In this document: positions 24,311 through 36,260 of the stretch, one piece after another
Position numbering within the stretch: the stretch's first letter is position 1
Layout of the letters: the number at the start of each line of letters is the position of its first letter
NCBI RefSeq assembly: GCF_006345805.1
Contig: NC_042999.1
Coordinates: 15,500,001 to 15,564,000 of the forward strand
Length of the DNA stretch: 64,000 bases
Direction of reading: 5' to 3'
DNA from: Octopus sinensis
Lineage: Eukaryota
Notes under the pieces: model-generated
What the model was told of the DNA's origin: nothing
Databases searched by the model: none
The model's input: only the letters and a program-made list of their open reading frames with translations
Translations under genes and position numbers: made by a program

Positions 24311-24832
24311 CAAAAGCTTTACTGTAGTCACTATCATTGTTACTATATTTGCTATGAGAAGCAAGTGATTATCACAACATCAAGATACTACCATATTTAT
24401 TTACAAATAATACAGATTTATATATAATATAATGAAAACCACTAATTATGAATACTATCAAATGCCAGGAAAAAATATTTCTCATATATTATGCACACTA
24501 TTTGTCTTTAGTTCTATGTCTGCTAGATGTAATATAATTGCATTGACAAGAGTTCATATATCTTCAAACAATAAACAAATTCGAAAGTGACCTTTGAACT
24601 TTTCTAGTCTAGCCTGCAAAAGTCTATCTGCCGTGAGGAGTCTATTAGCATGGAACATTATATAAAAAAAATATAATACAGAATGTAAACACTTTCATTA
24701 TACTTCCATTTAAATACTTTTACCATCAAATCTATGTATTCTCTCACTATAAACATACATGGTGATGGTTTATTTTATTAATGACAATTTCAAGAACAAA
24801 TGTTTATCTTTTTTTTTCCTGTTTATAATCAC

Positions 24833-25221
24833 ACTAGCAGTATCGCCCGGCGTTGCTCAGGTTTGTAAGGGAAATAACTATAAAGCATTTTTAGAGAGTT
24901 ATAGCCAAAAAATAGTAAAAAAAAATGGAAAAAAATTATGGTAAATTTTTTTTTGAGATTTAAAAAAGGTGGAGTTGCGTCCCCTAGACAGTTTGTGGTT
25001 TGTGTTTGTGATTCTCGACCCCATGTCGAATTTATCGATTTTTTTCAGAACTGGGGGAACTTTTCAAAATTTTCACTGCATTAGTTTTGAATTATGACAT
25101 TGGGCTATGTGTGTGTCAAGTTTCATCAGAATCGGTTGAAAGCCGTGGTCAGGGTGAGGGTACAAGCAAACAGACACACAGAAACACGCACAGACAAACT
25201 GCCGTTTATATAGAGAGAGAT
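24833..25221 (+). mobile_element. Helitron/Helentron-like element
   Basis: Shares about 100 bp of 5' sequence with 2198-2593, different body, similar 3' end. Confidence 0.65.
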
Positions 25222-25504
25222 TTCAATAATGATACTATCTTAATTGACTATTTATTCCCATATATCTCATATACTTAATTTACCCCTTAACATTTAAACC
25301 AGCCATATTTGGCCCAGATCAGCTTTATGTTCAATCTATTCAGATCCAGCCTCTTACACTTACCCTGCAATGTCTTTCTAAAAGTAAGTATTCACACCAT
25401 TGAAGTCTTGAAGCTATGAGACAATGCACAATTAGTTTAAAATAATGTGAATAAAAGAAGCATTGCACTTGACAGAGTGATAGAAGTAATTCCAAAGAAC
25501 CGGC

Positions 25505-25805
25505 TTCTGTGCCAGTGATCATTACCAGCGTTGCCTTACTGGCACTCGAGCCCTGTGCTAGTAGGGTATTAAGAGCACCATCTGAGCGTGATCGTTGCCA
25601 GAGCGGCTATCTGGCCTCCGTGCCAGTGGCACGTAAAAGCACCCACTACACTCTCGGAGTGGTTGGCATTAGGAAGGGCATGCAGCTGTAGAAACTCTGC
25701 CAGATCAAGATTGAAGCCTGGTGCAGCCATCTGGTTCACCAGCCCTCAGTCATTCGTCCAACCCATGCTAGCATGGAAAGTGGATGTTAAACGATGATGA
25801 TGATG
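25505..25805 (+). mobile_element. RTE 3'-tail element (family B)
   Basis: Family B tail. Confidence 0.8.
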
Positions 25806-26034
25806 TACCAGTTGTGCTGACTCTTTGATACATTATCGCTATCACAGAAAAAATGTAAAATACTTAATTGCGATTTTACATAATCTTTAAGCCTTTGTAA
25901 GCTTGGACAATAGATGCAAATAACTTGTATCTGACGATGCTATCCTGAATATGGCAATGTAGTTGATGGGGTAAAAATGTGTTACATTTATTTTTTGAGT
26001 ATAATGCACACCCCTAATCATCAACATGATCGTC

Positions 26035-26792
26035 ATTTAGCATTTACTGGTAAGTCAAAGTCAAATCGAATCAAATCAAAATAGATGAACATCAATGGAA
26101 TTTGTATCCTTGTGGTACCAGTGCCGGTGGCACATAAGAAAACCATCCGAACGGGACCGTAGCCAGTACCGCATTGACTGGCCTCCGTGCTGTGGGCACG
26201 TAACAAACACCATCCGATCGTAGCCGTTCGCCAGCCTCGTCTGGCACCTGTGTCGGTGGCACTTAAGAAAACACCGAAAACACCATCCGAGCGTGGCCGT
26301 CTGCCAGCCTCGTCTGGCACCTGTGTCGGTGGCACATAAAAAACACCATCCGGGCATGGCCGTCTGCCAGCCTCGTCTGGCACCTGTGTCGGTGGCACTT
26401 AAGAAAACACCGAAAACACCATCCGAGCATGGCCGTCTGCCAGCCTCGTCTGGCACCTGTGTCGGTGGCACATAAAAAACACCATCCGAGCGTGGCCGTC
26501 TGCCAGCCTCGTCTGGCACCTGTGTCAGTGGCACATAAAAAAACACCATCCGTGCGTGACTGTCTGCCAGCCTCATCTGGCACCTGTGTCGGTGGCACAT
26601 AAAATCACCCACTACACTCTCGGAGTGGTTGGCGTTAGGAAGGGCATCCAGCTGTAGAAACACTGACTGTAGAAACACAGATCTGACTGGCCTGGTGCAG
26701 CCTTCAGGCTTGCCAGACCCCAGTTGAACCATCCAATCCATGCTAGCATGGAAAGCGGACGTTAAACGATGATGATGATGATGATGATGATG
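26035..26792 (+). mobile_element. RTE 3'-UTR element with an expanded hairpin-unit array
   Basis: Conserved RTE tail (…ccatgctagcatggaaagcggacgttaaacgatgatg) preceded by six near-identical 62-73-bp units and one diverged unit. Confidence 0.88.
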
Positions 26793-27053
26793 TATGGGTT
26801 GGATGGTTTGACAGGATCCAGTGAGCTGTGTTGAGCTCCAGATCAGCTTTGGTGTGGTTTCTACAGCTGCAGAGTCTTTCTAATGCCAACCATGTTACAG
26901 TGTGTACCAAGTTTTTTCATGCCATCAACACAAATGAGGTCTGCTACGAGCTCTAATATTTATGCTTAAAAATCTGGTAAAAAAGAATGTGTATTGTAAG
27001 CAAATATGGTAAACGCACACACACACACACACAAAAAAATGCCTTCATAAAGA

Positions 27054-27433
27054 ACTAGCAGTATCGCCCGGCGTTCCTCGGGTTTGTTTCGACCCTTTAG
27101 AATTGGAATTTTTGAGAAGTAAAAATTTTTGCATTATGTAGCTTGTTATTCTCTTTTTTGAACATTTTTCTGGTTGAAATACACCGAAAAATGGCGATAA
27201 AGCAGGCAAAAAATAGGGATTTTCATAGAAAAAAAGCACCTTTTTGATGTAAATAATTTTTGGTGTTAACATGGTCCGATTTGAATTTTTCTTCTATGGA
27301 AGGAAGAGCAAGCCTTCTATCATACTCTCAATTTTGGTCAACTTGCACTGCAAAGTCTCAGAGGAGATAGTGTTAGTTGAAGGCTACCAAACCTGCCATG
27401 CACAGACAACTTCAGCTTTATATATAGAGAGAT
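27054..27433 (+). mobile_element. Helitron/Helentron-like element
   Basis: Shares only about 33 bp of 5' sequence and the 3' motif. Confidence 0.62.
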
Positions 27434-29015
27434 TAGTATTAGATGAGTAATCTATGCCTGATAAATGGTAACTCTGTCATATATATTAGAGTAAATTTCT
27501 CCATGAATCAGATTATCAGACTAAATATCAAAACAAAGCAAAGATCCGTTCAATAACTCATGCATGAATTTTACAGATACGATAAAGATATGCAAATTTT
27601 GTAGATCCCATTAACTCTCCCTCCCTCATATTTATCTGTACTTAACTTTAAAGTTGTTGCTTGTGCATAGAATCTTTTTAGATAAAGGTATCTGCACATA
27701 AACTGCCAAAATTAAGTTCTTAAGAAAAGTAAACAGCATATATATCAAAACTATTGAAAAGGCTGCAAGACACAGCGAAAATTTTAGGACAATAAAAATA
27801 AGAAAAAAGTGGAAATTTTACTGGTGAGTGTGTTACATAATAAGGCAGAAAAAGAAAATGACTCTCCCCAGACACAACAGAATATGCTTCAACACACGAA
27901 CTCTTATAAAGAATCTTGCAAACCAAATCCAAAAACGAAATATATATCATACTTATTGAATAAAGAGTCACATGGCTTTAGGATCTTCTGCAACAGCTGA
28001 TTATCACATACATGTAATGTCTGATGTTGCATGATAGTGAACATTGAATTCAGATGTGTAATATCAAATTGCATGGAAGGCAGTGCTCAAATGAGCTAAG
28101 GAAGCAACTGGACATTAACGTCAGCAGTTAATGTGAGTAAGAGAAATGATTCTACTGTTATTGATATGAGGTGAAAGAATAATACCCAATGGATTAAAAT
28201 GTGTTGAGGAAAGTATCTGGGTGTGCTACGGAATAGATCTGTGATGTGTACTGACAGTGATAGGAATTTGTAAGAGAAGAATACAAAGACAAGGGAAAAA
28301 TTTGTGATATGAAATTTCAGGATGTTGTGCCTTACAGATACGATTGTATAAGATTAAGGCAACATGAAAGTTCATTCAACTCATGCTAGCATAGAAAAAT
28401 GGATGTTAATGAAGCCCTGTTTATTTAATGTTTAATAAATAATGCAACATGTGAATATTGAAGATAGATACTTTTATCTGGTAGACCTGAAATCTATTGT
28501 TCAGGATATTCCCTTTCATGAAAACCAGCAGAATTCACTTTGATATGAAGAAGATTCTGGTCTATTTGATGAAGTATTGTTCAGGTTTATATAGCATTAT
28601 TGAAAACAACATAGTTTTTCTATCTTTTAAATACTTTTTTAACAGATTCAAATATATTTTTATTCAATGGATAAGCAATGATTTTTCAAAACTCATGAAG
28701 GAGAAATAAAACATTTTTATGTATTTTCTCAACTGAATAGGTAGTTTTACCAGAAGATCATAATCATCTGTTATTCTATTATTGATTGATAAATGGGAGA
28801 ATTAATATTCTCACTAAAAATATATCTGTCAGTTGTTTTTATTTGGTTTAATATTTATGTTATTATTTGAAAATTTTGGCCGAAAGAAATGATTTATCAC
28901 TGGAATCCATATTAATTTTACAGTGCAGTCAGATAATTTAAAATTTTTAAAAGAAGAAGAAGCAGGCTGAAATAAAATAGAATAATTTTTATTCTGAATG
29001 ACTGAAATTACTTAC

Positions 29016-29177
29016 CGAGAATACCAGCAATAGGAATAGTGGTATTTGTAGCTAAGTCGATAAATGAACGCATGGCTACATCAGTTCGACATTGAGTATC
29101 CTTTATTAAAAGCTTTAGCTCATGATTTGGCAGGACATTAGTGTCTGCATTCACCCATTCAATAGCCATTTCTGCAC
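29016..29177 (-). CDS. Internal coding exon of a GABA-B-receptor-like (ANF_receptor / Venus-flytrap domain) receptor gene; class C GPCR or receptor guanylyl cyclase
   Basis: Minus strand: ttttcttttaag|GT GCA GAA ATG...ATT CTC G|gtaagt, 162 nt, phase 1-1, no stops: xAEMAIEWVNADTNVLPNHELKLLIKDTQCRTDVAMRSFIDLATNTTIPIAGIL. Matches the A.EMA...VN....LP.Y.L....DT.C pattern of GABA-B-type VFT domains. Confidence 0.92.
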
Positions 29178-29228
29178 CTTAAAAGAAAAAACAAAACAAA
29201 GGACAAGTATTAAATTTTATTTAACAAT

Positions 29229-29637
29229 ACTCTTTTACTTGTTTCAGTCATTTGACTGCGGCCATGCTGGAGCACCGCCTTAAATCGAGCAACTCGACCC
29301 CGGGACTTATTCTTTTGTACGCCCAGTACTTATTCTATCGGTCTCTTTTGCCAAACCGCTAAGTGACGGGGACATAAACACACCAGCATCGGTTGTCAAG
29401 CAATGCTAGAGGGACAAACACAGACACACAAACATATACATACACATACATACATATATATATATACATATATACGACAGGCTTCTTTCAGTTTCCGTCT
29501 ACCAAATCCACTCACAAGGCATTGGTCGGCCCAAGGCTATAGCAGAAGACACTTGCCCAAGATGCCACGCAGTGGGACTGAACCCAGAACCATGTGGTTG
29601 GTAGGCAAGCTACATACCACACAGCCACTCCTGCGCC
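29229..29637 (-). mobile_element. SINE family A, full length, 21-bp TSD
   Basis: TATTAAATTTTATTTAACAAT at both 29208-29228 and 29638-29658. Confidence 0.92.
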
Positions 29638-30332
29638 TATTAAATTTTATTTAACAATGATATATTTTGAAAATAATTATAATTTCCATCGAACGTTCTT
29701 TCAATAATAGAAAATAATGTAGCAAGGCTTTAAATACTCATCCATTTGATAAGAACTCAGCATTTCACAATAGAGTAAAATCATTCATTTATTCACTGAT
29801 GCTAAATTCTGTATTCTAAGGCAACAAGCAGATAACTCAATCTATTGGATGTGATTAAAAGCTAAACAAGATGAGTTGTTTAAATTCGTAAATATATTGA
29901 TTTTTGAAGAAAATGAATGAGAGAAACAGAGTTTAATCATTTAAAAACGATCAATAAACCAACTCAAAATAAGATATACCAAAAAATAGCAAGTAACTGA
30001 TAGAATCCTTTTGTCAATGAAATCTTTTTTTTTTTTTTTGTTCTGCCATCGGATTGAGAAATTTTCTAAAATAAAAAAATGTAACTGTAGCACTTGTTTC
30101 CAACTTTAGACTAAATAATGTGCAGCAGTCCATGAGAAATAAAACAAGAGTTTCTATTTTAAATAGATGTGCATTTGCAGGATATTCTTTTTTTTCCCTT
30201 TTGGATTTTGTTTGCTACAACAGGAATTATTTCTTCTTCATCTTCTCAGCACATGCAGAATATCAATGAATATAAACACATACATGTATATCAGTATGCT
30301 CAAACACACACATGAATAAGTGTATGTGTATG

Positions 30333-30377
<45 letters not shown>

Positions 30378-30378
<1 letters not shown>

Positions 30379-30690
30379 GTGGAGGTGCAATGGCCCAGTG
30401 GTTAGGGCAGCAGACTTGTGGTTGGAGGATCACGGTTTTGATTCCCTGACTGGGCGTTGTGTGTGTTTATTTAGCGAAAACACCTAAAGTTCCATGAGGC
30501 TCCAGCTGGGGGTTGGTGACCCCTGTTGTACTCTTTTGCCCCAACTTTCTCTCACTCTTTCTTCCTGTTTCTTGAGTAACGTTGCGATGGACTGTCGTCC
30601 CGTCCAGCTGGGGGGAACACATACGCCACAGAAACTGGGAAACCGGGCCTATGAGCCTGGCTAGGCTTGAAAAGGGTGCATAAATAAAAA
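30378..30690 (+). mobile_element. tRNA-headed V-domain SINE
   Basis: ggcccagtggttagggc head; V-like gcgatggactgtcgtcccgtccag. Confidence 0.75.
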
Positions 30691-30726
30691 AATAATAAAA
30701 TAATAAATATGTATATATGCATATTA

Positions 30727-30915
30727 GTTGCAGGCATGGTTGTGTGGTTAAGAAGCTTGCTTCTCAACCATGTGGTTTCAGGTTCAATCTTCTACTACAG
30801 CTACATGCAAAACAAAGCCTTGTGAATGGGTTTGGTAGAGAGAAACTGGAAGAAACCTCGTGTGTGTGTGTGTGTGGTACATTTAGGTGTATCCTTGTCT
30901 TGACAATGTGTGATT
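30727..30915 (+). mobile_element. SINE family A, old partial copy
   Basis: Diverged head and middle. Confidence 0.6.
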
Positions 30916-31371
30916 GTTGTGAATGAGCAGCAGTGGTTATGCAAGTGATGTTGTTCATTTGTAGTCTTCTGTGTAAAACGTGTCAGGCAATTCTGTTTGA
31001 CCATGCAAGCATGGGAAAGTGGCTGTTAGGATGAGGATGAACAGGATTTATATATATGTGTGTGTGATGTTTATAGTGAATCGCAAAAATACTCAATATA
31101 TGGTGTAGAGTATAATTATATGTACCACTATTTTATGGTTCTCAAATAGTCAATATATTCTGTAATGCAAAATATATTCCAATCTAAGATGGCAACTGGA
31201 TCTCACTGTTTCACTGGTTAAAAGAGACTACATGAATCAGATGTGAAGACTGGTAAGTCACAAATGGAAAAGTTTTCAAGAAAATGACAGAAGTTCTTAA
31301 CTTGATAATGTAAACCGATATTTACCTTTAGTTTGTATTTTCTTGCTCACTACATTCAAACCTGCACACAC

Positions 31372-31379
<8 letters not shown>

Positions 31380-31464
<85 letters not shown>

Positions 31465-31488
31465 GACAGATATATATATACATACATT

Positions 31489-31533
<45 letters not shown>

Positions 31534-31553
31534 CAGATATATATATATACATA

Positions 31554-31600
<47 letters not shown>

Positions 31601-31617
31601 CAGATATATATACATAC

Positions 31618-31686
<69 letters not shown>

Positions 31687-31724
31687 AGAGTCAGACAGAT
31701 ATATATATATACATACATTATACA

Positions 31725-31798
<74 letters not shown>

Positions 31799-31835
31799 AA
31801 GAGACAGACAGATATATATATATATACATACATTT

Positions 31836-31872
<37 letters not shown>
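31380..31872. repeat. Compound (TA)n/(GA)n higher-order microsatellite
   Basis: Recurring (TA)n-(GA)n-cagat-(AT)n-acatacattta blocks. Confidence 0.9.
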
Positions 31873-31873
<1 letters not shown>

Positions 31874-31879
31874 GAGTCA

Positions 31880-32068
31880 GTCGCCATGATAGATCGTTAG
31901 CCACTACACGCATTTTTTCTCTCTTTAGTTTTTCTGTGTCCCTTTCTCTAGAAGAGCATAGGCTCGAAACGTAAAAGACTTTTTCTATTCCTGAGCATTA
32001 TACTAATACATCTGTTTGTTTTGTACACCACCTGTCTTTGTCTTTTGTTTTTTTCGTAAACTCTCGCT
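31880..32068 (+). mobile_element. Penelope-derived element, subfamily B
   Basis: Reverse complement of 6812-6950; embedded in (TA)n. Confidence 0.65.
31942..31978 (+). ncRNA. Minimal hammerhead motif, subfamily B, degenerate
   Basis: CUUU-CUCUAGA-A-GAGC-AUAG-GCUC-GAA-ACGU-A-AAAG. Confidence 0.6.
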
Positions 32069-32189
32069 ATATATATATGAAGTTAGAAAACACCACTATA
32101 TAAGATAAATTTCAATTTTCTGAGAGATTTTACAAGTTTCGGTTCTTCTTGAGAGCTACTGCCTGGTACTGCACAGGGCCTTTTTTATT

Positions 32190-32220
<31 letters not shown>

Positions 32221-32232
32221 TCATTATTATTC

Positions 32233-32460
32233 AGGTGGTGAGCTGGCAGAATCATTAGCAGACCAGAAAAAAAATATCTTAAGGCCATTTCATCTGTCTT
32301 TACGTTCTGAGTTCAAATTCTGCCGAGATTGACTTTATCTTTCATCCCTTTTGAGGTCAATAAAACAAGTACCGCTTGAGCCCTGGGTTCAATGTAATCC
32401 ACTCCCCACCCCAAAAATTTCAGGCCTTGTCCCTATAGCAGAAAGGATTATTATTATTGT
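32233..32460 (+). mobile_element. SINE family C, tail type 2
   Basis: Flanked by (TTA)n. Confidence 0.78.
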
Positions 32461-33375
32461 TATTATTATTATTATTATTGTTGTTGTTGCTGTTCTTGTT
32501 ATTTGTTTTTTACATGTGTAAATGTTGCAGAAAATTCCAGAACTTATGGATTATTAACAAATTTTATGAAATGTAGATTTTTCACAGGAACATTGGCGCG
32601 GCTACCTCCATACAGGAAGTAGACAGAAGATATATTTTAGACATCATTTTACTTTTTCCAGAGTTTGCTATGTTTACAATAATTTTCAATATGGCTTCAT
32701 CTGCTGGAAGAGCAGACATTTGAACATATGAAAACATTAAAAAAAAAATAAAGAAAAAAAAGAAATATAAATGTAATGAAACAAACAAATATGCAAGTAC
32801 AGGACAGCCAAAATTTGATATCTAGAAACATGAATTTGTATGACATAAACAAAAGCAACAATAACAACACACACACACACACAATGTTGTCAAACAAAGA
32901 AAATAGTAAAAAAGACAGCGGTTTTAGCTATACTCATGTTGCCATTAACAGGCAATTTCTAAACATGAACAAACTAGTCAAGAAAAAAATCTGCTTGGCA
33001 AAGTTTGATAACAAAGAAAGAAGTATATCTGCTGCAGTTTTTTATATTCAAGAACAAGAGAAAAAAAGGTTAACTATTTATACATCATCGAAACAGAGCA
33101 GGTTTCCCCAAGCTCTCAAAAGAATGGTAAGAATGATAGTAACATAATTTTTCCAAGAGGAAGAATTATGTTACTATCTGTCTGAATTTTAAAACCAAGG
33201 ACAGAATGAAAAGACAAGCTGCACTGGTACAGCACAAGCGTTCCTATACTCTCGCATTGTAATACATGGGCCAATGCAATATAATGGTCATAGGCAGAGA
33301 TATTCTTTTCTACTCTAGGCACAAGGCCTAAAATTTTTGGGGTGGGGGCCAATTGATTAGATCAACTCCAGTATG

Positions 33376-33603
33376 CAACTGGCAGAACCGTTAGCATGTC
33401 GGGCGAAATGCTTAGCGGTATTTCGTCTGCCGTTATGTTCTGAGTTCAAATTCTGCCGAGGTCGACTTTGCCTTTCATCCTTTCTGGGTCGATTAAATAA
33501 GTACCAGTTATGCACTGGGGACGATATAATGGACCTAATCCGTTTGTCTGTCCTAGTTCGTCCCCTCTGTGTTTAGCCCCTTGTGGGTAGTAAATAAATA
33601 GGT
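33376..33603 (+). mobile_element. SINE family C (Meta/Sauria-like central domain), tail type 1
   Basis: B-box gagttcaaattc, core gtcgactttgcctttcatcctttcggggtcgattaaataagtaccag, tail gtcccctctgtgtttagccccttgtgggtagtaaa. Domain name is from recall. Confidence 0.8.
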
Positions 33604-33800
33604 ACTTAATTTATTGACCCCGAAAGGATGAAAAGCAAAGTTGACCTTGGTGGAATTTGAACTGAGAGTGTGCTAATATTTCTGCCAGTTTGCCACCTTA
33701 AAAGTCGACCACGGCAAAATTTGAACACAGAATGTAAAGGTGGATAAAATGCCACTAAGCATTTTGCCCAGCTTGTTAATGATTCCACTAGCTCACTGCT
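33601..33800 (-). mobile_element. SINE family C partial copies, inverted and abutting the previous copy
   Basis: Reverse-complement core and head sequences. Confidence 0.7.
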
Positions 33801-33989
33801 TTAAAGAGGCAGAGATATTGACAATGATGTTGACCTACGTCTGACAATCACCTTTGTGGAACAGTACAGGCAGGAACAACGTTGTTAGATGGGCTCTGAG
33901 TGGACATGAAAATTCTGATGACCCTTTAAAATCACAAAACTATGTCAAACTGGTGCCTCAACAAGAATATAAAGGGAAAGGCCATAAGA

Positions 33990-34062
33990 TTGATAGTGCA
34001 AGGCAGAAAGTCTAAATTGCTACACATGTGGCAGTAAAGGCCATTTGAGGGATGTCTGGTAG
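33990..34062 (+). mobile_element. Decayed gag/ORF1 zinc-knuckle remnant
   Basis: 34018-34059 reads CYTCGSKGHLRDVW (CX2CX4HX4[W], one substitution from CCHC). Confidence 0.45.
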
Positions 34063-34149
34063 CATTGGAGAATTGGAGAGAAAGAGAGAGAGAGAGATAG
34101 AGAGAGTGAGAAAGATAGATAGGTAGATAGATAGATAGATAGATAGATA

Positions 34150-34335
34150 GATATGTTTCTTTATTAGCCACACAGGGCTGCACACAGATGGTACAAATTA
34201 CAAGGTAGAGCTTTTCTTTTTGGGGATATTAAAAAAAAAAAGAGGGTGGTAGGTTTTCGTAAAAAGGAAAGGAAAAAAAGTAAAAGGGGAAAAAAAAGGA
34301 AAGAAAAAATAGATGAATAGGGATCGTGTATCACA
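34150..34335 (-). mobile_element. LINE-like 3' UTR fragment (second, longer copy at 36960-37170)
   Basis: Two homologous copies ending (minus strand) gtcccatctgtgtgcagccctgtgtggctaataaagaa; clade not determinable here. Confidence 0.6.
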
Positions 34336-35814
34336 GAGATAGATAGATAGATAGATAGAGAGAAGTGATGGTAAGTTTTTCATGCAAGACAGCAAAGACA
34401 AGCTGCTGTTTGGAGAGATGGAAATAATAGACACCAACAGTAGAGTTCTGGTGAAAAAACACACAATAAACCGGTACCCCAGCATGGCCACAGCTTTGAG
34501 TTGAAACTAATGACACAATAAATTATCATAACCTAAAAATCACTTGCTTATAATGCTGCTAAGCACATTCAATGCAGAAAAAATGCTTACAGGTGACTTT
34601 GGGTAGACTAGGTTTCAATATAAAGAGTGGTAGGTGGACAAAAATACTGGGTACTCCGGCCCAACAGAGCTGGTGGTTCCCACTCACACATGGGTGGATT
34701 GCTTGGTTTGTTCCCCTTGTTTCCTTAAATAATATTTTCATAGGTTATATATCTGTCTTCTTATATAATCATGTTTATTTTGTGTAATTTAAAATTGTTT
34801 AATCTGACATTTATTTCCTGCATTTCTACATATTTTATGGCACCTTTGTATCTACATTATTGTATGTACAAATGGGCCATGCCAGCATTAATAAAGAACG
34901 TGCTAGCATCAGCACCACCAGCAGCACCACCACCACCACCATTAACATCTTAAAACTACTCAAATTGTAAACTTAATGCACCATGAGTTTACATCATGTT
35001 CCATAAATTTTTCTGATGAAATTTGGAATTGTTATTATTATAATTGTTTAAGACATTCTTGGGAAAAAGAAGTTTTAAAGTCTGTTGCTGTCTCCCTTAA
35101 TTAAGGGAGATGCAGTCATTGTCCCCGCATTCTGCGACCAGTAGACTAATTCCTCTTTTATTAAAAATGTCAACAAGTTTCACATTTGATGGGTGAGGAA
35201 TGGTAAGAGCAGTTGTGACTGTCAGAGTAGCAGGAATACTAGAACTGTCATTTGCTTTGGAAATTTTGTTTGTAAAAGAATAAAAGTGACATTTTTGAAG
35301 ATTTTCTGAGAAATATAATTAAAAAAATGTTTTTGCGTTAACTCAGACAGCACTAGTAATACTTATGATGTAATACAGTAGTGACACAGAAAATGGTACA
35401 GCCATAAGCAACAACAACAACAACAGCAGCAAATACCACCACAACAAACAATAGCAGGAACAACATTAACACAGTGGTAGAAGTTTCAAAAATAAGAACG
35501 AAACTAATGAAATAGGAAAATGAAAATATGACCATGTTTACAAAAAAAACAAACAACAAAATGAAAAGTACAAGAATTATAGCAAAACATAAAATAAAAC
35601 AAGTGACATCATCATCATCATCAACAATAGCAACAGGTAAACAAAATAACAACAAGGCATAAGGTAACAGCTCTGAATTGTTTAGGAAGATGAATAATTA
35701 CATATTGGTAAAGAAAATACATGGAAAACAGAAGGGTAAATGACCCTTCATTTACACACTCATAATAGTACCAAGGAGATGGTGGGGTACCTTTTCCTCC
35801 TCATCATCATCATC

Positions 35815-36045
35815 TATTTCTTTACTAACCACAAGGGGCTAAACACAGAGAGGACAAACAAGGACAGACAAACGGATTAAGTCGATTATATTGACCCCAG
35901 TGCATAACTGGTACTTATTTAATCAACCCCGAAAGGATGAGAGGTAAAGTCGACCTCAGCGGAATTTGAACTCAGAATGTAACGGCAGATGAAATACGGC
36001 TATGCATTTTGCCCAGCGTGCTAACGTTTCTGCCAGCTCGCCGCC
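35815..36045 (-). mobile_element. SINE family C, tail type 1
   Basis: Full-length homology. Confidence 0.82.
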
Positions 36046-36260
36046 TCATCATCATCATTTAATGTTTGTTTTCATACTGGTATGAGTTGAGTAGTTCCAC
36101 AGGAACTGGTAAGTCAGAAGACTGTGCCAGCACCTGCTGTCTGCTTTGGGCATGGTTCCCATGGTTGAGTGCCCTTCCTAATGCCAATCACTTTACAGTG
36201 TGAATTGAGGGCTTTTTACATAGTACCAGCAGCAGCAGCAGTGAGGTCACCAAGTGACTT
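36046..36260 (-). mobile_element. RTE 3'-tail element (family B), old
   Basis: Diverged reverse-complement copy. Confidence 0.65.

Larger units (their letters stand above)
3971..29015 (-). other. 25,045-bp GT-AG intron of the receptor gene
   Basis: Canonical donor at 29015 and acceptor at 3971; flanking exons join in frame with no gap in the domain. Confidence 0.88.

Noticed and set aside
26208-26605. CRISPR-like appearance of the regular repeats
   Set aside because: No unique spacers, eukaryotic context, and no cas genes.
26076-26741. 221-aa minus-strand ORF and overlapping 111-121-aa ORFs
   Set aside because: They are translations of the tandem hairpin units and RTE tail, antisense to the element, with no domain signal.
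31297-31974. YI/RE-rich ORFs of up to 213 aa
   Set aside because: Dinucleotide microsatellite translation.
35091-35110. Perfect 20-bp palindrome TCTCCCTTAATTAAGGGAGA
   Set aside because: Real but isolated; it could be a piggyBac-like end remnant (CCC-TTAA) or chance, and no function is supportable.
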